Shown: positions 10,880 to 21,073 of the stretch, piece by piece | Position numbering within the stretch: position 1 is the first letter of the stretch | Layout: each line of letters starts with the position of its first letter | Notes under the pieces: generated by a model | What the model saw: the letters and a program-made list of their open reading frames with translations, nothing else | What the model was told of the DNA's origin: nothing | The model's database searches: none | Program-made: the position numbers and the translations under genes | From: an uncultured Alphaproteobacteria bacterium | GTDB taxonomy: Bacteria; Pseudomonadota; Alphaproteobacteria; Acetobacterales; Acetobacteraceae | DNA length: 64,000 nt | Reading direction: 5' to 3' | Assembly (NCBI GenBank): GCA_963757115.1 | Contig: CAVWQV010000001.1 | Span: 127,901-191,900 of the forward strand

Positions 10880-11412
10880 GCGGTCGCTCCGGCGAAAGGG
10901 GCTGGGTTGGCGAGGCCGCCGAGCGTAAAGGGAGGCAGCCGCGCGCGGAACCGGGTTTCGTCGAAGCGCGCATCCGGCGTGAGCGGCACGCTTGCAGCGG
11001 CTCGCAGCACCGAAGGATGTAGCGTTGCCGCGCCCCGCTCAAGGCAAAGCAGCCCGGTCGCCCAACGCGCGCGGGCAAGAAGATCGATCAATGCGAGCAA
11101 CCGCAAGCAGACCGACATGCCGTACGAGGTCGTCATTCCCGCAGTCGCTTCGACCGCCGCCGCCCAGCAACGCAACTCGCGATCGGCCAAGGCGATGTCG
11201 GTGTAGTCCCCGTCCGGACGCTGAAATCGGAATCCGCGTGCCGCGCCGACGCGCGCCGCCAGTGCCGCCTCGCGCGCCGCATCCCATGCTTGTTCGATGT
11301 CCTGTCCCCGCACGGCAGGCAACTGCTCCAGCGGGTGCTCGACAAGGTAGGTCACCAGGCCGTCCGCGGTTCGGGCGACACGAATTGGGGCGGGGTGGTC
11401 AGTGGAATCCAT
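10876..11412 (-). CDS. hypothetical protein
   Basis: Internal ATG (MDSTDHPAPIRVARTADG...) of ORF 10876..11562. No recognisable domain. Divergent from the amidase. Confidence 0.4.
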   Translation of the reverse strand: MDSTDHPAPIRVARTADGLVTYLVEHPLEQLPAVRGQDIEQAWDAAREAALAARVGAARGFRFQRPDGDYTDIALADRELRCWAAAVEATAGMTTSYGMSVCLRLLALIDLLARARWATGLLCLERGAATLHPSVLRAAASVPLTPDARFDETRFRARLPPFTLGGLANPAPFAGATA

Positions 11413-11482
11413 CGCGGAAAAGATGGACCGCCGATGTCCGCCGCGCCAGCCTGTGCGGGATGCGAGAAGGGAGTTTTCTGCC

Positions 11483-12751
11483 ATGACCGAACCGTCCCGG
11501 CTGACCGCGACTGAGGCCGCGCAGCGCATTCGCGCCGGCACACTCGATCCGGCCGACCTCATGGCCTCCTGTCTCGAGCGGATCGAAGCGCGCGAGCCCT
11601 CGGTTCGTGCCTTCGCCTATTTCGACGCGGCGCAGGCTCGGAGCGCGGCGGCGGGAGCTCGCCCTGGCCCGCTGCACGGCTTGCCGGTCGGGGTGAAGGA
11701 CGTGCTGGACACCGCCGACATGCCGACCGGCTACGGCTCGCCGATCTGGGAGGGCTGGCAGCCACGCGCCGACGCCGCGGCTGTTGCCTGGACGCGGGCG
11801 GCCGGCGGCGTGGTGATCGGCAAGACCGTGACCACCGAGTTCGCGACCCGCCTACCCGGTCCGACCACCAACCCGCATAATGAGGCGCATACACCGGGCG
11901 GCTCGAGCAGCGGCTCGGCTGCCGGCGTGGCGGACGGGTTCTTCCCGGTCGCATTCGGCACGCAGACGGCGGGCAGCATCATCCGGCCGGCGGCATTCTG
12001 CGGCGTGGTTGGGTTCAAGCCCAGCTTCGGCACGATCGCGCGATCCGGCATGAAGCTCATGAGCGAGAGCCTCGATACGATCGGCGGGATGGCGCGCTCC
12101 GTCGCCGACTGCGCGCTGTTCGTGGGCGCGGTGTCGGGCCGCGATCTGGGCGACCCCGATCGCCGGCCCGACCGAGCGCCCCGCATCGGGATCTGCCATT
12201 CGCCGGTCTGGGATCGCGCCGAGGCGGATACGCAAGCGCTGCTGCCGCGCGTGGCGGATGCGCTGGCGCGCCGGGGCGCCCGAGTGGAGGAGCGCACGCT
12301 GCCTGGCGAGTTCGCGCGCCTCGAGACGGCGCAGCCCGTGGTGATGAACGCCGAAAGCGCGCGCTCCCTGGGCTGGGAACTTGCGCACGCGCGTGGCCGG
12401 ATCAGCGACCAGCTGCTGGAGCGGCTCGACTGGGGCCTGTCGCAAGGCGCCACGGCGCTTGCTGACGCTTATGCGGTGTTTGCCGAAACCCGGCGGGCGT
12501 TCCGGGGTGTGATGGACGGGCTCGACATTCTACTCACCCCCTCCGCCCCGGGGGAAGCGCCTCCCGGGCTCGAATGGACCGGCGATCCGATCTTCAACTG
12601 GTTCTGGACCAGCCTTCACGTCCCCTGCGTCACCGTCCCCGCGGGGACGGGACGCAGGGGCTTACCGCTCGGCGTGCAGATCGTGGCGCGCGAAGGCGAG
12701 GACCGCGCGGCGCTGGCCTGGGCACAATGGGTCGCGGCGGCGATCGAGTGA
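11483..12751 (+). CDS. amidase (amidase-signature family, GatA-like)
   Basis: Internal ATG (MTEPSRLTATEAAQRIRAGTL) of ORF 11402..12751. AS-family motifs: GLPVGVKD, GGSSSGSAAGVA, GTQTAGSIIRPAAFCGVVGFKPSFG. Confidence 0.85.
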   Translation: MTEPSRLTATEAAQRIRAGTLDPADLMASCLERIEAREPSVRAFAYFDAAQARSAAAGARPGPLHGLPVGVKDVLDTADMPTGYGSPIWEGWQPRADAAAVAWTRAAGGVVIGKTVTTEFATRLPGPTTNPHNEAHTPGGSSSGSAAGVADGFFPVAFGTQTAGSIIRPAAFCGVVGFKPSFGTIARSGMKLMSESLDTIGGMARSVADCALFVGAVSGRDLGDPDRRPDRAPRIGICHSPVWDRAEADTQALLPRVADALARRGARVEERTLPGEFARLETAQPVVMNAESARSLGWELAHARGRISDQLLERLDWGLSQGATALADAYAVFAETRRAFRGVMDGLDILLTPSAPGEAPPGLEWTGDPIFNWFWTSLHVPCVTVPAGTGRRGLPLGVQIVAREGEDRAALAWAQWVAAAIE

Positions 12752-12781
12752 GCGTGCGGCGATCGCTCCCGGGCTGCGCCG

Positions 12782-13713
12782 TCAGAAGGTGAGGCGGGCG
12801 GTGAGGATCCAGGCGCTGTTGTAAACGGGCGTCAGGACGGGCTCCTTCGAAACGCTCGGCGAAACCGCGATCTGATAGCCTCCGCCGATGATGAACCGCA
12901 CCCTTCCCGAGATTTCGAAACGACCGAGGATGAGGCCCGGCGTCAGAAACAACTGGTTCTTGCCGCCGCGCAGCCCGTTTGGCCAATACGTGTAGTTGGC
13001 CTCGACCTCCGGCCAGAAATAGCGTCCGAGATGATACTGGAACGCCACGTTCGTCACGATCGGGATTCCGAGCGTCTGCCTCGTGCCGGAACGGAATCGG
13101 GATGCCTACGGTCGCCTGGATATCGAAGTCGCCCCAGCCCTTGCCGCGCGGCCAACGTCGGTGTGATCAGCCACGTATCGTTGGTGAAGGCGCGAATGCC
13201 GGTCGGCGCTTGCAGCCCGAGAAACGCGCTGACGATATAGTTGCCCGACTGTTCATTGGCAGTCAGCAGTCGCTGTTTCACGACCAGGAAAGGGTCGTCT
13301 CCCCATCCGGCAGCAGGCCGGACGTTGTATCGTTGCATATAACTGGGCGGATTGAGCAGAACCTCGTTGGTCGTTGTCGGGATCAGCTCAACGCCCTTGC
13401 CGCTGCCGTAGGTATCCACGTCGGCGCCGTTTCCGAGGTGCTGCCAATACTGGTCGTAGCGGACCTCCTGCTCCAGGCGTGGCGTGACCGTGACGAGTGG
13501 CGTCATCCAGTGCGGCTGGCTTGCCTGAGCCGCATTCGCCCGCTCGAACCAGTTCGCGAAGTAGCTCCCGATATTGATGGTCGGTGCAGGGGTGTAGCTG
13601 CTTCCCGCGTCGGTCGCAGACTGCGGATCGGCAGCCCGGGCGACGTCGGTCGCAACGACGATCGCCGCGACGGCAAACATCGAAGAGATTAGGGCGGAGA
13701 AGGAAGAAGCCAT
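12782..13713 (-). pseudogene. outer-membrane beta-barrel protein (putative MetA-pathway/phenol-degradation-type transporter), apparent frameshift at about 13060-13120
   Basis: Signal peptide + N-terminal 200 aa in ORF 13054..13713. The C-terminal barrel strands end in ...AWILTARLTF (terminal Phe) in ORF 12782..13057, in another frame. Confidence 0.5.
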
Positions 13714-13847
13714 CGCGATTTTGCCTCACTGCACGGCGAACATGTCAGATCTGCCGTAGACGTTATATCGGCTCTGTATATAACGACAAGTGTGAGGCTC
13801 GAAGCGGCCTGATCGAACCTTGTGTTCCCGCTCTGGGCGAGCGGACG

Positions 13848-15143
13848 TCAGGAGGACGCAGGGGCCGGCGAAAGCCCGACCGGTGCGCGGCGCCCGCGCA
13901 GCAAAGCAAAGGACAGCGCGGCCACCAGACAGAACACGCCGGCAGCGAAGAACGCAGGGAGATAGCTCGCCAGCGCATCGCGCGACAGCCCGGCGGCGAA
14001 GGCCATCGCACCCGCCCCGATCTGGTGAGCGGCGAAAATCCACCCAAACACCAGTGGGGCCGATTCGCGCCCGAACGCCTGCGCGGTGAGCCGGACCGTG
14101 GGCGGGATGCTGGCAATAAAATCGAGGCCGTAGAAGGTGGCGAACAACGACAAGCCGAGCAGCGAGAATCCGCTGTACGGCAGCCACATCAGCGCCAACC
14201 CGCGGAACGCATAATAGCCGACGAGCAGCCAGCGGTTGTCATAGCGGTCCGACAGCCAGCCGGAGCCAATGGTCCCGATCAGGTCGAATACGCCAATGGC
14301 GGCCAGAAGCCCGGTCGAGGTGACCGGGCCGATGCCGTAGTCGCCGCACAGGGTCACGAAATGCGGGGTCAGGCCGAAACTCGAAAGGCCGCAAACCCCG
14401 AAGGAGAAGGCGAGCACCCAGAACACCAGCGAGCGCGATGCCGAGCGGAACGCGTTGACGCTGATGGCGAACACGTTGCCTACGGGACGCGGCGGTTCGG
14501 GCAATACGGAATCTTCGCCGTACGGTGCGAGGCCGATATCGGCCGGCCGGTCGCGCGCGAGCAGCACGAACAGCGCGGCGAGCAGCCCGATGAGAAACAC
14601 GAACGGCAGGAGGGCCATGCGCCAGCCATATGCTTGGGCGATCCAGGCCGCCGCAGGCAGGAAGATCAACTGCCCGGTCGCGTTTCCTGCACTCAACATG
14701 CCGAGCACCAATCCCCGCCGGGCAGTGAACCATCGGGTCGCGATCGTTGTGGAAAGCACGAGAGCGGTGAGGCCCGGCGCGACGCCGGTGGCGACTCCGA
14801 GGCCAAGCCAAAGCTGCCACTTCGCGGTCATCGCGACGGTCAGGATCAGCCCCGCCATCATCAGCGCCGCCGAGCCGGCCACCACCACCCGTACACCGTA
14901 CATCAGCAGCAGGCCGCCGGCGAAGGGCGCGATCAGGCCGAACAAGGCCACGCGCACCCCGAGCGGGCCGGACAGTTCGCCGATGGACCAGCCGAGATCG
15001 CGCGAAATGGGGGTCAGGAGCACGCCAGGCACGCTCATCGCGGCCGTGCTGCAGACGCTGTAGACAAACAATGTCGCGACGATAAGCCAGCCGTAGTGAA
15101 CGTTGCGGGCCCTTAAGGCGCGCGCAGCCGATTGGGCGAACAT
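13848..15143 (-). CDS. MFS transporter (likely efflux; divergent from TetR)
   Basis: 431-aa intact ORF with 12 predicted TM segments. Confidence 0.75.
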   Translation of the reverse strand: MFAQSAARALRARNVHYGWLIVATLFVYSVCSTAAMSVPGVLLTPISRDLGWSIGELSGPLGVRVALFGLIAPFAGGLLLMYGVRVVVAGSAALMMAGLILTVAMTAKWQLWLGLGVATGVAPGLTALVLSTTIATRWFTARRGLVLGMLSAGNATGQLIFLPAAAWIAQAYGWRMALLPFVFLIGLLAALFVLLARDRPADIGLAPYGEDSVLPEPPRPVGNVFAISVNAFRSASRSLVFWVLAFSFGVCGLSSFGLTPHFVTLCGDYGIGPVTSTGLLAAIGVFDLIGTIGSGWLSDRYDNRWLLVGYYAFRGLALMWLPYSGFSLLGLSLFATFYGLDFIASIPPTVRLTAQAFGRESAPLVFGWIFAAHQIGAGAMAFAAGLSRDALASYLPAFFAAGVFCLVAALSFALLRGRRAPVGLSPAPASS

Positions 15144-15204
15144 GCTGCCTCCAAGCCCGGCGAGGCGGCAGGGTGCCGGGATGCCGCGACGTGTTTAGTT
15201 AGAG

Positions 15205-15250
15205 GTCGATCGACATCTATTTGGATGTCAGCTAACATCCGATGTCAACG
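15205..15250. promoter_or_regulatory. candidate TetR operator: clustered GACATC/GATGTC inverted and direct repeats in the MFS/TetR divergent intergenic region
   Basis: CGACATCtatttgGATGTC (perfect 6-bp inverted repeat) overlaps the imperfect 18-bp palindrome GGATGTCAGCTAACATCC, followed by another GATGTC. Lies between the divergent MFS and TetR starts. Confidence 0.4.
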
Positions 15251-15296
15251 ACAATCGCGCGTGCCGGGAGAAACATTCCAGGACAAGGGCTCGCCC

Positions 15297-15967
15297 ATGA
15301 GGAGATCAAACCAGGAAGCGGCCGCGACACGCCGGCGCATTGTCGAGGTCGGTGCGTCGGAGTTGCGACGTCGCGGCATCGTCGAGACCGGGCTATCGGA
15401 GCTGATGGGAGCCGCGGGGCTGACGCGCGGCGGCTTCTACCGTCACTTTGCCAGCAAGGATCGGTTCGTCGCGGAGGCCTGCGCGTCGGCGCTGCAAGCC
15501 TCAAACCAGGCGATGCGGGCCCGCGCGGCCCGTCGATCGGGTGCCAAGGGCGTTGGCGATCTGGTCTCCGCGTACCTCTCGACCGCGCATCGGGACGGCG
15601 CGGCATCCGGATGCGCGCTCGCAGCTTTAGGCAGCGAGCTCGCTCGCACCGACACCGAAACCCGCGTCGCGGCAACAAACGGCTTTCGGGAGATGGTTGC
15701 GATCATCGCCGAGCACCTGCGGGACGCCCGGGTCGGGCGCCCGCAGGAACAGGCCGTCGCGATCGCGTCCGCATTGGTCGGGGCGTTGACGATGGCGCGG
15801 GTCGTCAACGATCCATCACTGTCAGAGGCGGTCTCCGGGGCGCCCATGACTTCATTGCGGGCGCGCTCCGCAACCTCGTCACGGATCAGCCTTGCTTGGC
15901 AGGAGCGGGCCGGAACAGGCGCTCGGAAAGCTCGTCGAGGAAGCGGAACACGCCGTCAACGTTATAG
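15297..15967 (+). CDS. TetR/AcrR family transcriptional regulator (possible frameshift near 15850 at the C-terminus)
   Basis: Internal ATG of ORF 15132..16205. TetR_N HTH (GLSELMGAAGLTRGGFYRHFASKDRFV). The C-terminal ...AHDFIAGALRNLV continues in ORF 15242..15967 in another frame. Confidence 0.65.
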
Positions 15968-17415
15968 CCGGCCAGCAGGGCAAGCGCCGAGATGCCGAGC
16001 CCGCCAGCGACATCGGCCTTGCCGATTGAGGTCGCGAACAACCCGATCACGCCGCCGCACAGAATGCCGAGGATGGCACCCTGTTGCAGCCGCGCGCGAT
16101 CGGTGTAGCTCAACAGTGCGGCGTCCACCTTTCGCCGGAGCAGCCGCAGCGTGGCCGCCATTGCGCCGAGGAACCCGTAGAGCACCGGCAGGAAGTACTG
16201 TGTGATGCTGCCCAGGATCGACTCGGCTACATTGCGAGAGCGGTTGATCTGATCCCACAGGATGCGCTCGCATTCCGCGGCACTCGAACCACGCTTATAG
16301 AGCCCGTGCGCGATGTTGTAGCAGGTCTCCCGCCCTTCCTCAGCAAACTCATGCAGAGTCGCAGGAACGACACCGAACAGGTAAGGCAGCGTACCCAGCT
16401 GGCGCGTCACAGTGCTGCTCCAGCTTTGCAGGTGCATCGTGACCACGAAAAGATTGAGCAGAACCTTGTCCCGTTCGGCGCACAGATGCGCCTGCCGTGC
16501 CGAAGCGTAGAGTTTCGATAACTCGGCGCCGAATGTCGCCGCAGACGAGTCGTTCCCCGTTGCGGTATTCTCGGCCAGCTGAACCGGATGCCCGAGGCTC
16601 TCGGACGCGTCGCACAGGCCCATAACCGAGAAGTGCTCGTTCGTCGACAGAGGCAGGGTGGCAGCCTTGAAAAGCTTGTCCTCCTGCTGCTCCACTTCAG
16701 TGTCAAGCCGCCCCCACGCCTGTTCAACCTCCTGATCGTTGGCCAAGATCAGCCGGCCGGACAGCGCGTAGATCGAGACGATGACAGCGAGCGCCACGGC
16801 AAGGATGGTCGCACGCTCGAAACCCCGCACCCAACGCGCGAGCCGGCGCGCAAGCAGCTTACGGGTGAGGTCATCGGGATCGGGAAGCAGCTTGGGTCGA
16901 GATGCCGATACATCAGGCGCCTTGCGTACAAGCCCGCGCAGCGACCGAATGCAACCGCCCCAGTCCCGGGCTCGCCGCACCATGTAATCGTGCGTCAGAC
17001 GGATCAATTCCGCGGTCGCCGGCGCGGCCACGGCGGAGAGGAAGTCGCGGCTCCAGTAGGTGAATGCGATTGGCGCGATGGTCCCCTTGCCGTCCGCGGC
17101 GGGCAGTGGGGCGGGCAATTGATCGGCCCGCCCGGTTTCGAATGCACTGCCGATCTTGAATAGCTGGTCGAGAAAGTCGGCGTAACTCTCACAGGGCGGA
17201 ACTGCCCGCCGGCCCGTGCCGTCCGCCACTCGACCTTGCGTATCCTTGAAGTACGACAGCAGCCGCGCATCCGGCATCTCGCCTAGGTACTGCAGGAGCA
17301 CCGTGATGTCCTGCAGTGCACGGTTCATCTCGTGCCAGGCTTTCGGCTCGCGCCAGAGCCAATCCCCGTCGTCCATGGCCTCGCCTCCCACTCCAACCCT
17401 TACGATTGCGTGCAA
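15886..17415 (-). CDS. hypothetical membrane protein (about 500 aa, no recognised domain)
   Basis: Intact 509-aa ORF (start may be Met14, MDDGDW). Predicted TM helices (ILAVALAVIVSIYAL; C-terminal LGILCGGVIGLF, LGISALALLAGY). Last gene of the minus-strand cox-accessory gene string. Confidence 0.45.
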   Translation of the reverse strand: MHAIVRVGVGGEAMDDGDWLWREPKAWHEMNRALQDITVLLQYLGEMPDARLLSYFKDTQGRVADGTGRRAVPPCESYADFLDQLFKIGSAFETGRADQLPAPLPAADGKGTIAPIAFTYWSRDFLSAVAAPATAELIRLTHDYMVRRARDWGGCIRSLRGLVRKAPDVSASRPKLLPDPDDLTRKLLARRLARWVRGFERATILAVALAVIVSIYALSGRLILANDQEVEQAWGRLDTEVEQQEDKLFKAATLPLSTNEHFSVMGLCDASESLGHPVQLAENTATGNDSSAATFGAELSKLYASARQAHLCAERDKVLLNLFVVTMHLQSWSSTVTRQLGTLPYLFGVVPATLHEFAEEGRETCYNIAHGLYKRGSSAAECERILWDQINRSRNVAESILGSITQYFLPVLYGFLGAMAATLRLLRRKVDAALLSYTDRARLQQGAILGILCGGVIGLFATSIGKADVAGGLGISALALLAGYNVDGVFRFLDELSERLFRPAPAKQG

Positions 17416-17471
17416 GTTAGGGTGGCGCTGGCCTTTGGGCTGTGGGGCAGTTCACAATTCAACCACAATTG

Positions 17472-18373
17472 TCAGACGGCGAAGCAGGTCCGCAGTCGAT
17501 CGCGCGCGGCGGCCCCCGCTTCGAGCGCCCAAGCATTGACGATGGCTAGCCTGAACCCGCCGGGGGGCATCGAATGCTGGGCCGGAGGTTTGTCCTCGTG
17601 AAAAGTGATCTGCACGCTCGACACGCCGGGTTCGCGCAGGATCGCGGCGACGGACTCCGCGGGAGGATGGCGATAGCGCCGATCGTGCGGGCCGAACAGC
17701 ACCACGCTGTAGCCGTCCCGCCGGTCGTCGTCCTGAAAGCGCCAGGCGCCGGTTTCGTAGAGCCGGATTACCGCCTCGACCCAACCGGGACCGTAAAGAT
17801 CAGGCCACTGGTCGGCGAAGCGAAGATGCGCTTCGATGATCCGGCCGCCGATTGTTTCGAAATTCGCCATGCCCGTGTAGCCGCGCAGATGCTTGGCGGC
17901 CCAGGCGCCGCAATACTCCTCCACCTCCGGACGGTGTGCGGCTTCAATGTGCCAGTGGTCAAACGTGCCCCCAGCGGCGGTGCTGCCCGTCGCATGACGC
18001 CACCAGCGCGCGTCGCCGTCGACCAGCGCCACGTCGGTGCTCACATGGTCGCCAGAGAGTAGGGTGGACCAAAAATGTCCGCCGGTCAGCGCCGCCCCGT
18101 ACTCGCGGGCATCGGCGATGACGCGGCTTCCCGCGCCCATGCCGCGCAGGTTTATCATCGGCTTGGAGAACACCGGAAAACGCCCGGGCATCACTCCGTG
18201 CGGCGCGGCGTCCAAGCCCTGTGAAAGCGCGACCCGCAGCTTGTCGTAGATCCAGCGATGCTCCGGGTACAGATCCACGCGTCCGCGTCTTCGGTCGGCA
18301 CGCGGACGTGCTCGGGGCAGGGAACATCCTGGAAATACTGCAAGCGCCAGGGATCGGCTTCGCAGACCGGCAT
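17472..18373 (-). pseudogene. putative ATP-grasp-fold protein, apparent frameshift near 18270
   Basis: N-terminus (MPVCEADPWRLQYFQDVPCPEHVRV...) in ORF 18191..18373. The rest (YPEHRWIYDKL...FPVFSKPMINLRGMGAGSRVI...) is in ORF 17472..18602 in another frame. Confidence 0.4.
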
Positions 18374-20043
18374 CAGGAACTCTCGGCCGGTTCGAGTCCG
18401 ACGGGCCGGAGCTTGCCCGGCAAGGTTGCGAGCAAATCGGGGGTGTCGAAGTCGCGCAGCACGGCATCCTCGCCCACCTCCACCGAGGCCACGACGGCGG
18501 CGTGCCGTCCAAGGAGAAAGCGGGCGCCGCTATCACCCGAAATTTCCAGGATTTCCGGGAAGAACCGACGGTCCCAGAGCATCGGATTGCCCTGCTTGCC
18601 ATGGAACGTCGGAAGCACGATCAGTTTTCCCTCTTCCGGATCGTAGGCGGCGAGCAACCGGTCGATGATTCGGCCCGTGACCAGCGGCATGTCGCCGAGA
18701 CAGACCAGGGCGGCGGCACAGTCCTCAGGGACGGCGGCAATGCCGGCCTTGAGGCTCGCCGACAAACCTTCCGCGTAGTCGGCCGCATGGACGAAGCGGA
18801 TCGGCTTGCCGGCCAAGGCGTCCTCGACCTCGCTCGCCATATGGCCGGTGACGGCCAGGATCGGGCGCGCGCGGCTCGCCAGCACGTTGTCCACCACGCG
18901 TGCCACCATCGGCTTGCCGGTGCGGTCGGGGATCAGCAGCTTGTTGTGGGGCGCCATCCGCCGCGAACGCCCGGCTGCCAGCACCACGGCGGCGATGGTG
19001 GGCGCACGGCGCGGGGCCGGTCCGGTGCGCGGGACGGCGGGAGCCTCGGCGCGGGGCAGGGGGCGCGTGTCCTCCTTCAGCAATCCACCGACGCCCAAGC
19101 GAGACACTTCCCGCGCGCCGACGGGAAGGCCGGCAAACAAGCGCGCGAGCACGAAATCGATGCCGTTCAGGCTCGGGCTCCGCGCGCAACCCGGCAGCAC
19201 CAGGGCGGGCACGCGGCCGATGCGGCCGATGCAGATCAGGTTGCCCGGATCGACCGGCATCCCGAAATGGTCGATGGCGCCGCCGGCCCGCTCGATGCCG
19301 GCGGGGCCGACATCGCGGCGGTCCACCACCGCCGACGCTCCGACCACCAGCAGCAGCTCTGCCCCTTCCTGCAGGAGCGCGTCGAGCGCTTCGGCAATCG
19401 CTCCGGTCTCGTGCGGCACCCGCCGGTCGGGAAGCAGCGAGCCGGTCAGCGCCGACACGCGCGCGCCGGTGACGGCGACGGTCTTGTCGGCGATGCTCGG
19501 CTTCATGCCGGGAAGCTCGCTCGCGACCAGGCCGACCCGGAGCGGGCGGAACGGATGCAGCGTCATAGCCGGCGGGCCTTGGCGCGCAATCGTCAACGCA
19601 ACGTCGAGCACCGCACCCGGCACCGCGAACGGAATGACCTTGATGGTCGCCACCATGTCCCGTGCGGCGACCACGGCGAAGTCAGGCAAGGTGCCGACGG
19701 TCAGGCTTTCATCAACCGCGTTGAGCCGGTCGATCTTGGCCGCGTCCACGCGCAGCAGGCCCGGCGCTTCAGCCGTGATGTTGGCCCGGCCCGTGGCGGC
19801 GCGCGACCGGGCGAGAAGCGGCCCGACGAAAGGATCTGCCAGGCGGTCCGCGCAGATGTCCTCGGGAACGTCGCCCGGTTCGAGCCGGGCGGCGATTACG
19901 ACCTCGCTCCCTTGCTCGCGCAGAGCCGCGACAGCCGCCTCGTCCAACACCGAACCCTTGCGGATCACCCGGCCGGCAAGCCGCGTCGTGTGCGCGAGGA
20001 TTGCGCCCTTGGCCTCGGCGAGCGGGGTCGGGCCGAACTTCAC
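18373..20043 (-). CDS. molybdopterin-binding (MoeA/CinA-like) domain fused to MobA-like NTP-transferase (MocA-type) protein
   Basis: 556-aa intact ORF. The C-terminal half has a MobA-like fold (IAAVVLAAGRSRRM...KLLIP...PILAVTGH). The N-terminal half has a molybdopterin-binding fold. Confidence 0.7.
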   Translation of the reverse strand: MKFGPTPLAEAKGAILAHTTRLAGRVIRKGSVLDEAAVAALREQGSEVVIAARLEPGDVPEDICADRLADPFVGPLLARSRAATGRANITAEAPGLLRVDAAKIDRLNAVDESLTVGTLPDFAVVAARDMVATIKVIPFAVPGAVLDVALTIARQGPPAMTLHPFRPLRVGLVASELPGMKPSIADKTVAVTGARVSALTGSLLPDRRVPHETGAIAEALDALLQEGAELLLVVGASAVVDRRDVGPAGIERAGGAIDHFGMPVDPGNLICIGRIGRVPALVLPGCARSPSLNGIDFVLARLFAGLPVGAREVSRLGVGGLLKEDTRPLPRAEAPAVPRTGPAPRRAPTIAAVVLAAGRSRRMAPHNKLLIPDRTGKPMVARVVDNVLASRARPILAVTGHMASEVEDALAGKPIRFVHAADYAEGLSASLKAGIAAVPEDCAAALVCLGDMPLVTGRIIDRLLAAYDPEEGKLIVLPTFHGKQGNPMLWDRRFFPEILEISGDSGARFLLGRHAAVVASVEVGEDAVLRDFDTPDLLATLPGKLRPVGLEPAESS

Positions 20044-20789
20044 GCCGCCTGCTTGGTGGCACGTTGCGGGGCCAGGGGTGAGCCGCGGCGCACCGCGACC
20101 AGCTCGGCCACGATGGACAGCCCGATCTCCGGCGCGGTCACGGCCTCGATGTTGAGACCGACCGGCCCCTTGATGCGCGCGAGCGCCGCGTCGTCATGCC
20201 CCAGTTCGCGCAGCCGGGCGAGCCGGGCTGCGTGGGTCCGCCGCGATCCGAGCGCCCCGATGTAGAAGGCGTCCGACTTGAGCGCCCGGTCGAGTGCGGG
20301 GTCGTCGAGCTTGGGGTCGTGGGTGAGCGTCACCACCGCGGTGCGGGCGTCGGGCCCGAGCGCGTCCAGCGCCTCGTCCGGCCACTCGCTCGATACCGTC
20401 ACGTTCGGAAAGCGCTCGTCGGTCGCGAACGCGCGGCGCGGGTCAACCACCGTCACCGCGAAGCCGGTCTGTTCGGCGAACGGCACCAACGCCTGTGCGA
20501 TATGCACCGCGCCGACGACGACCAGCCTCAGCGGCGAGTTGTACACGTGAAGGAAAACATCGCCGCCGTCGATCCGTACCGTGCCGCTCTCGTCGGCGCG
20601 CAGGGCCGTTGCCGCCGCCTCGTTCAGTGCGGCAGGTGCGGTTGGATCGGGGAGCAGGTGCTGCTCGCCGCTGGGCAGTAGCGTTGCGAGAACGACCGGC
20701 CGGCGCGCCCGCTTGGCGGCCTCGAGCGCGGCGAGCAGCTCCGGTGTCACGTGAGCTTCTCCACGAACACCTTCACCTTGCCGCCGCAC
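20040..20789 (-). CDS. XdhC/CoxF/CoxI family Mo-cofactor insertion protein (N-domain + Rossmann C-domain)
   Basis: 249 aa. PVVLATLL...G N-domain-like segment, then RLVVVGAVHIAQAL Rossmann motif, then ...ALGSRRTHAARLARL. Confidence 0.75.
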   Translation of the reverse strand: MRRQGEGVRGEAHVTPELLAALEAAKRARRPVVLATLLPSGEQHLLPDPTAPAALNEAAATALRADESGTVRIDGGDVFLHVYNSPLRLVVVGAVHIAQALVPFAEQTGFAVTVVDPRRAFATDERFPNVTVSSEWPDEALDALGPDARTAVVTLTHDPKLDDPALDRALKSDAFYIGALGSRRTHAARLARLRELGHDDAALARIKGPVGLNIEAVTAPEIGLSIVAELVAVRRGSPLAPQRATKQAA

Positions 20790-21073
20790 GCCAGCCCGAC
20801 TTCCCAGGCGCGCTCGTTCGTGACGCCGAAATCGAGCAGCTGCGGTGCTCCGCTGCTGATGGTTTTCATCGCCGCTTCCGCGACGGCTCCCTCGATGCAG
20901 CCGCCGCTCACCGAACCCGCCATCTTGCCCGATTGAGTCACCGCCATCTGACTGCCAGCAGGTCGGGGCGAGCTGCCCCAGGTTTCCGTCACGGTCGCGA
21001 GCGCGACCTGCTCGCCGCCCGCGCGCCAGTTGGCGGCGACACTCAGCACATCCTCGGCTTCGTTCAGGCTCAT
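20747..21073 (-). CDS. stand-alone XdhC_CoxI N-domain protein
   Basis: C-terminal 108 aa of ORF 20747..22369 starting at MSLNEAEDVL...VALATVTETWGSSPRPAGSQMAV. ATGA overlap with the coxE stop. Confidence 0.65.
   Translation of the reverse strand: MSLNEAEDVLSVAANWRAGGEQVALATVTETWGSSPRPAGSQMAVTQSGKMAGSVSGGCIEGAVAEAAMKTISSGAPQLLDFGVTNERAWEVGLACGGKVKVFVEKLT

Noticed and set aside
13584-15116. 510-aa plus-strand ORF, Arg/Gly/Glu-rich, antisense to the MFS gene
   Set aside because: Low-complexity composition, fully embedded in a convincing MFS gene on the other strand.
18502-20265. 587-aa and 449-aa plus-strand ORFs antisense to the MoeA/MocA and XdhC genes
   Set aside because: Arg/Ala/Gly-rich spurious frames. 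The true genes are on the minus strand.
20747-20789. The 43-nt overlap between the XdhC N-domain ORF and the XdhC ORF as evidence of one frameshifted gene
   Set aside because: The downstream 249-aa protein already contains its own N-domain-like segment plus the Rossmann domain, so two intact genes (with a later true start for the second) is more likely.
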